Below are positions 59,116-64,000 of a DNA stretch of 64,000 bases, piece by piece. The DNA is from Candidatus Marinacidobacterales bacterium (GTDB taxonomy: Bacteria > Acidobacteriota > Vicinamibacteria > Marinacidobacterales > SMYC01). The stretch is from the NCBI GenBank assembly GCA_965247365.1, contig CBDFHB010000001.1, forward strand, positions 202,550 to 266,549, given 5' to 3'. Position numbers and translations under genes: made by a program. Position 1 is the first letter of the stretch. Each line of letters opens with the position of its first letter. The notes below the pieces were generated by a model, which had not been told where the DNA came from, made no database searches, and saw only the letters and a program-made list of their open reading frames with translations.

Positions 59116-59634
59116 TCAACGATCGAATCCGATTTCCCGGAGGCGGACGTTCTCGCTTCCTGGGCCGTCGTTGGTGACGGTCAGCACATAGGAGATGGCC
59201 GGGTCCTCCGCGACGAACTCCACTCGCTTTGGCTTGTCGCGACTCCGGTTGCTCACCTCGACGGAACACGTGGGTAGGTTGCTCTCGGGTAGAAACCCAA
59301 ATTCAGCCGCCGGTACGAAACATAGTGCCATCGCGAACGAGTCTCCCGTCAGCTCCTCTCGGTACACGACGAAGCTCACATCATTGGCGGAGGAGCTCCA
59401 ATCGATCTCGAACACGAAACGGCCCCCGACTTCGCTGGTCATCCCGAAGAAAATCTCGCTGCTGCCGACTTCGACGGGGATAGGCTCGGACCACTCACCT
59501 GGGTTGCCCGGGTCCGTCGAGGAAGCCACTCCGTCCGGGCCAATGAAACTCTGGCTCTCCCTACAAGCGAGCGCGAGCGCGCCGAGAAGGAGCATGGTGG
59601 CGATGTGCAAACGGGTTTTTGTTGTGTCTCTCAT
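59116..59634 (-). CDS. Lipoprotein, hypothetical
   Basis: LLLGALALAC lipobox. 9 bp upstream of the OMP gene. Confidence 0.5.
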   Translation of the reverse strand: MRDTTKTRLHIATMLLLGALALACRESQSFIGPDGVASSTDPGNPGEWSEPIPVEVGSSEIFFGMTSEVGGRFVFEIDWSSSANDVSFVVYREELTGDSFAMALCFVPAAEFGFLPESNLPTCSVEVSNRSRDKPKRVEFVAEDPAISYVLTVTNDGPGSENVRLREIGFDR

Positions 59635-59682
59635 CGTTATCTCCTTGAGCGTGGGCTGTGTCGCACCATGTCAGACAGCGAG

Positions 59683-60495
59683 TTATCGGCAGGGGGTGGA
59701 GCCGGTGAACGTCCCACTGTCCCCCTCAGAGTCACGCCAAGTGCCGCGCATCGATTGACCCTGGCGCGTCCCGCTGTACGTGCCGGTCAGAGAGCCGTCG
59801 GTGACACTGCCACTCACCGATTGGCCCTGCAAGGTCCCACGAAGTCTGCCGGAGCCCCCCGTACCCGAATAGGCACCGGAGACGCGCCCGTCGCTTGCGA
59901 CGAGGTTCCACGTACCCGAATAGCCGCTCCCAGAGTAGGTGCCGCAATACGTCGTCACCGCGGCAGCGCTCGCGTTCCGTGTCGAGAACGAGCCTCCGGA
60001 ACCACCTGAGTCTGAGAAAGTGCCTGAGAGCTCCGCTCCGTCTTCGGACACCCCGCCTGTGAACGTTAAGCCACCTCCCGATAACGTGACTTCCCGCGTC
60101 GAATCGTCGTAAGTACCGGAGAGGCCCACGCTGCCGCCTCCCCCGATGAGCTGGAGATTGCCCGACGCCTGCACTGGCGAAGCAGCGCCCGAGTCTGACG
60201 ACCGCGCCACCGCCGACTGCAGCGTCACTTCGAGTGCTCCGCTCCGACCAGCGCCAGCAATCGTGCCTTGAAAGACGGTGGTCGATACTGTCGGTGGCTG
60301 CGTGGGTTCACTCGTTGGTGTTGGTGTGGGCGCAGCGTCGCTCGTCGGGGCAGGCGGCAGGGGTGTGGTCGGGCTCGTCGGCGAATCGCCGTCGCAACAT
60401 GCCGCCATCGCGATGATGCAAACGAGGAGCGGAAGCATTAGCAAGTTCGACCGGCGCATCGCAGGCATCCACTGAAACATCTTTGAACTGTCCAT
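59683..60495 (-). CDS. Lipoprotein with Pro/Thr-rich linker and Gly/Ser/Thr-rich internal repeats
   Basis: Lipobox AMAAC. PTTPLPPAPTSDAAPTPTPTSEPT. Repeated SGT/YSGT units. Confidence 0.5.
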   Translation of the reverse strand: MDSSKMFQWMPAMRRSNLLMLPLLVCIIAMAACCDGDSPTSPTTPLPPAPTSDAAPTPTPTSEPTQPPTVSTTVFQGTIAGAGRSGALEVTLQSAVARSSDSGAASPVQASGNLQLIGGGGSVGLSGTYDDSTREVTLSGGGLTFTGGVSEDGAELSGTFSDSGGSGGSFSTRNASAAAVTTYCGTYSGSGYSGTWNLVASDGRVSGAYSGTGGSGRLRGTLQGQSVSGSVTDGSLTGTYSGTRQGQSMRGTWRDSEGDSGTFTGSTPCR

Positions 60496-60691
60496 TTTTT
60501 TCCTCCTTTGATTGGAGTCCTGGCCGTGCGTTGACCGTTTCGCCTATAATCACGGCGACAACGGAAGTGGTTTCGATAGCGCGAACCAGAACAACCGCTT
60601 GATAAGCAACCGTCATCGGGAATCGAAATGGATCATGAGTGGTCCATTTTTAAAAAAAAAGAACCTCGAGCTCTGAAGGAGGTGGAGAGAG

Positions 60692-61309
60692 ATGGCGATC
60701 TCCCGCCCGAATGGCGAGCCCGCCGGCAATGACCCTGCGCGAGACGCTGCGCCGGGTGACGTGACGCGGTGGCTCCACGAGTGGACCAAGGGTGATCGTC
60801 AGGCCCTGGAGCAGTTGATCCCGCTCGTCTACGCGGAGCTTCGGCGACTGGCGCGGGGCTATTTGAGCCGGAGGGCCCCACACCACTCGCTCCAACCGAC
60901 ATCTTTGATCAACGAAGCCTTCGTTCGGCTCATCGACCACAAGCAAGTCGATTGGAAGAATCGAGCGCATTTCTTCGGCGTGGCGGCGAAGACGATGCGC
61001 GGCATCCTCGTCGACCACGCGCGGAAGCATGGCGCTGCAAAACGAGGCGGGAGCGCCGTCACGATGAGCTTCGACGAGACGATCGGAGTCGCAGGCCAGC
61101 TGAGAGAGATGGACTTGGTTTCTCTCGATGATGCGCTGACCGGCTTTGCTGCCATCGACCCGGAACTGAGCGAGCTCGTCGAGCTGCGCTTTTTCGGCGG
61201 ATTGACGATCGAAGAGACGGCTGTCGTGCTAGGTGTCTCGACGGGCACGGTGAAACGGAGTTGGAAAACGGCAAGAAGTTGGCTACAGCGCGAGATGACC
61301 CGAGGTTGA
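60692..61309 (+). CDS. ECF sigma factor, TIGR02999-like (the Ser/Thr-kinase-associated ECF family)
   Basis: TRWLHEWTKGDRQALEQLIPLVYAELRRLA...HSLQPTSLINEAFVRLID matches the L..W..GD..A...L...VY.EL...A......HTLQ.TALV.EA.LRLV signature. Region 4 HTH. Confidence 0.8.
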   Translation: MAISRPNGEPAGNDPARDAAPGDVTRWLHEWTKGDRQALEQLIPLVYAELRRLARGYLSRRAPHHSLQPTSLINEAFVRLIDHKQVDWKNRAHFFGVAAKTMRGILVDHARKHGAAKRGGSAVTMSFDETIGVAGQLREMDLVSLDDALTGFAAIDPELSELVELRFFGGLTIEETAVVLGVSTGTVKRSWKTARSWLQREMTRG

Positions 61310-61356
61310 ACCTGATCGCCGTAGAGCGCTGGCGGCAAGTCAAGAAGATCCTCGAG

Positions 61357-61497
61357 GAGGCCGGCACCAGCGCGGACGTCATGAAGCGGATCGCGACGCC
61401 AATGGTTGGGGGCATGATGACGTCGGTGGCGGTGGTGTTGCTGGTCTACCCCGCGATCTACTACATTTGGAAAGGCTGGAGGCCCACCGAGGGATGA
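61357..61497 (+). pseudogene. Short 3' remnant of the cusA/czcA gene (last 38 or so codons, ...VMKRIATPMVGGMMTSVAVVLLVYPAIYYIWKGWRPTEG*), repeat copy 2
   Basis: About 90% nt identity to 42275-42425. Stop overlaps the next gene start (ATGA). Confidence 0.6.
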
Positions 61498-61988
61498 ACG
61501 AGCGGAGAAATACCAGGTTCGACGTCGTGAATCGACTCATGCTCGCCTCCCTGCTCGTTTTGGCCTTGTTCGCATCGTGCCATCGTTCCAACGACGTTTG
61601 CGACGCATGCCATCGTCCAATGCACGCCGAGACCCAGTTTCAGGTCCGGCTCGAGGGCGGTGAAACGCGGGCTTTGTGCTGTTCCCGATGCGGGATGCGG
61701 TTTCAATTGGAGCGAGGCGACGCGGTGGGGGCGGAAGTCGCTGACTACGCTACGAAGACGCTCATCGACGCGCACTCGGTCTACTTCATCAAAGACAGCT
61801 CGGTTAGCCTCTGCACTCACTCACCTCCCGTGCGGGAGGACCGAACCGGCAGCCAGTTTCAGGTCACCTGGGACCGCTGTCTTCCGAGCCTGGTTGCCTT
61901 TCAGTCGCAGGAGCTCGCGGACGCATTCCGAAAGCAGAACGGCGGCCTCGTCAAGACCTACGAGGAGCTTCTACTGGAGAGCTATTAG
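61494..61988 (+). CDS. TRASH-domain (C-X2-C-X22-C-X3-C) heavy-metal-binding lipoprotein
   Basis: Signal plus lipobox LALFASC. CDAC-(22 aa)-CCSRC. Translationally coupled to the cusA remnant. Confidence 0.6.
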   Translation: MNERRNTRFDVVNRLMLASLLVLALFASCHRSNDVCDACHRPMHAETQFQVRLEGGETRALCCSRCGMRFQLERGDAVGAEVADYATKTLIDAHSVYFIKDSSVSLCTHSPPVREDRTGSQFQVTWDRCLPSLVAFQSQELADAFRKQNGGLVKTYEELLLESY

Positions 61989-62166
61989 AGTGCCTGGAAC
62001 AGCGCATCGACGAGCGAGCTCGCGCTGGCATCGACTTCGCCGAGGACGAAAAGCGCCGCCGTTGTGGTGAAGCCCCTTCGCGCGAGCGTTGCACGGCACA
62101 GCGCGTTCGGATACCGTTCCGACGCCGACCCCACGACTACTTTTCTTGGCACGAGGATACTAGCGA

Positions 62167-63858
62167 ATGCAACAACTCATTGAATGTGTTCCCAACTTCA
62201 GCGAAGGGAACGACAGGTCCCTCATCGAACAAATCACATCGGAGATCGAGGGTGTCGAAGGCGTAAAGCTTCTCGATGTCGATCCGGGAAAAGCGACGAA
62301 CAGAACGGTCGTCACCTTCGTGGGGACTCCAAAGGAGGTGATTGCAGCCGCGGTCCGAGCAGCAAGGAGGGCCGCCGAGCTCATCGACATGAGCCAGCAT
62401 CACGGCGAGCATCCGCGCTTTGGCGCCACTGATGTCTGTCCCTTGATCCCGGTCGCCAACATCAGCATGGAAGAGACAGTGCAGTACGCCCACGAGCTCG
62501 CGAGACAGCTCGGAGAGGACGTGGGGCTCACGATCTATTGCTACGAGTACGCGGCGAGAACCGAGCAGCGGAGAAATCTGGCCCTCGTACGTGAAGGCGA
62601 GTACGAAGGGCTCGAGGACAAGCTCGGGAGCCCGGATTGGAAACCGGATTTCGGTCCCGCTACCTTCAACCCGAGGTCGGGGGCCACGGCCGTCGGAGCG
62701 CGGGACTTTCTCGTTGCCTATAACGTCAACTTGAACACCACGTCGACTCGGCGCGCCAACGCTATAGCCTTCGACGTGCGCGAGAAGGGGCGCAAGAAGC
62801 GCGAGGGGAATCCGTTTACGGGGCCCGTCGTCAAGGACGCGAATGGCGAGGATGTGTGGACGCCGGGATCCTTGAAAAGTGTCAAGGCCATCGGTTGGTA
62901 CATTAAAGAGTACGGAATCGCCCAGATCTCGATGAACCTTACGAATCTCGGCGTAACCCCGGTTCACGTGGCCTTCGACGAAGTCTGCGAGAAGGCGCGG
63001 GAGAGAGGAATTCGGGTGACGGGCAGCGAGCTCGTCGGCCTCATCCCACTAAAGGCCATACTCGATGCGGGCCGCTTCTTTCTCAGAAAACAGCACCGGT
63101 CGACCGGTGTCTCGGACGAGGAGCTCATCAAGATCGCGGTCCAGTCGCTCGGTTTGAGCGAGCTCTATCCCTTCAAGCCGGTCGAGAAGATCATCGAATA
63201 CGCCATGGCGGATCGTTCGCAAGACCGCCTGATTGACATGACGGTCACGGACTTCACCCACGAAACGGCGAGCGAATCTGCCGCGCCCGGGGGTGGCTCC
63301 ATCTCCGCAGCGGTCGGTGCGCTCGGCGCCGCGCTCGCGGCTATGGTGGCAAACCTGTCGTCTCACAAGCGGGGTTGGGACGATCGATGGGAAGAGTTCT
63401 CGAGCTGGGCGGAGAAAGCGAAGAGCTATCACGATGAGATGCTAGCCCTTGTAGACGAAGACACCGAAGCCTTCAACAAGGTCATGGACGTCTTCGCCAT
63501 GGCGAGAGATACCGAGGCGCAGAAAGCGGAAAGAAAACGCGCCATGCAGGAGGCGACGAAATACGCCATGGAGGTTCCGTTCAGGGTGATGCAGAGCGCC
63601 TACGATTCCATGGAAGTGATCCAGGCGATGGCGGAGCACGGCAACCCGAGCTCCGTCTCCGACGCCGGCGTCGGGGCGCTTTGCGCCCGCACCGCCGTCT
63701 CCGGAGCGTTTCTCAACATCAAGACCAACGCAGCCGGACTCGACGACAAGAAGTTCGTGGACGACATGCTCGCCAAAGCCGAAGCGATCGAGAGGAAAGC
63801 CATTTCTCTCGAACAGAAGATTCTCGGCATCGTCAACCGCAAAATCTCGGGTTCCTAG
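62167..63858 (+). CDS. ftcD: Bifunctional glutamate formimidoyltransferase / formimidoyl-THF cyclodeaminase (fused FtcD)
   Basis: N-terminal CVPNFSEG formiminotransferase signature. C-terminal cyclodeaminase AAPGGGSISAAVGALGAALAAMVANLS. Confidence 0.85.
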   Translation: MQQLIECVPNFSEGNDRSLIEQITSEIEGVEGVKLLDVDPGKATNRTVVTFVGTPKEVIAAAVRAARRAAELIDMSQHHGEHPRFGATDVCPLIPVANISMEETVQYAHELARQLGEDVGLTIYCYEYAARTEQRRNLALVREGEYEGLEDKLGSPDWKPDFGPATFNPRSGATAVGARDFLVAYNVNLNTTSTRRANAIAFDVREKGRKKREGNPFTGPVVKDANGEDVWTPGSLKSVKAIGWYIKEYGIAQISMNLTNLGVTPVHVAFDEVCEKARERGIRVTGSELVGLIPLKAILDAGRFFLRKQHRSTGVSDEELIKIAVQSLGLSELYPFKPVEKIIEYAMADRSQDRLIDMTVTDFTHETASESAAPGGGSISAAVGALGAALAAMVANLSSHKRGWDDRWEEFSSWAEKAKSYHDEMLALVDEDTEAFNKVMDVFAMARDTEAQKAERKRAMQEATKYAMEVPFRVMQSAYDSMEVIQAMAEHGNPSSVSDAGVGALCARTAVSGAFLNIKTNAAGLDDKKFVDDMLAKAEAIERKAISLEQKILGIVNRKISGS

Positions 63859-63900
63859 ATACGGATTGGCGCCGGATGCGTATGACGTTGGCCGAGCGCT

Positions 63901-64000
63901 CTAGCCGAGCGCGAAGCTCATCACGCCGGACGCGACGAGCGTGTCTCCGACGAACGCAGAGACCGCGAGGCTCCCGAAGCGGGCGCGCATCTTCTTGACG
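63901..64000 (-). CDS. 3' end of a minus-strand gene running off the window (hydrophobic C-terminus)
   Basis: Open frame to the window edge, stop at 63901-63903. Confidence 0.25.
   Translation of the reverse strand, partial: VKKMRARFGSLAVSAFVGDTLVASGVMSFALG

Noticed and set aside
60625-60665. AAATGGA...TCCATTT hairpin followed by TTTAAAAAAAAA upstream of the ECF sigma gene
   Set aside because: Only 4 T before an A-run. It fits neither strand as a terminator, and is probably just promoter-region AT richness.
42400-61300. Searched the 19-kb repeat-bracketed segment for integrase, transposase, IS inverted repeats and tRNA
   Set aside because: None found, so no mobile_element feature was called. 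The island interpretation rests only on the flanking repeats and the low-GC patch.
1-64000. CRISPR arrays, rRNA and tRNA genes
   Set aside because: No regularly spaced direct repeats. No GGTTCGAATCC-type T-arm motifs or rRNA-like conserved stretches were seen.

Overview
This is a high-GC (about 65-68%) chromosomal segment from a Gram-negative bacterium. Gene content suggests an Acidobacteriota- or Myxococcota-like soil organism, but that is a guess. I see no rRNA, tRNA, CRISPR array, integrase or transposase. The window carries cell-envelope glycosylation genes (two GT4, one GT2 and several large polytopic GT-C/GT39-like membrane proteins), a group-2/3 sigma-70 factor, and a substrate-binding-protein/histidine-kinase/sigma-54 response-regulator operon. 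It also has RNase HI, an ABC-F ATPase whose leader contains a uORF plus intrinsic terminator, a thiolase and UbiB. The most complete system is a trp operon (trpEGDCFB and trpA followed by a type I-beta DAHP synthase) preceded by a classical attenuator. That attenuator has a sigma-70 promoter, a 16-codon leader peptide ending in three Trp codons, and alternative pause/antiterminator/terminator hairpins. Immediately after the trp operon sits a 5'-truncated remnant of a CusA/CzcA-type heavy-metal efflux RND permease, abutting the DAHP synthase stop codon in the same frame. A second, shorter remnant of the same cusA 3' end, fused to a complete TRASH-domain (Cu-binding) lipoprotein gene, lies about 19 kb downstream. 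The two roughly 190-bp imperfect direct repeats bracket a segment holding a YeiH-like transporter, a decayed DUF2784 gene, GNAT, DUF1080, GMC oxidoreductase plus small subunit, and a low-GC two-gene patch (citryl-CoA-lyase-like and PaaK-like). The same segment also holds a Ser/Thr-kinase-AAA-TPR giant protein, an M19-like secreted amidohydrolase, an OMP/lipoprotein operon and an ECF sigma factor of the kinase-associated type. Small repeated palindromic elements occur as well. Many additional long ORFs in the six-frame track are GC-skew frame shadows and were not called.
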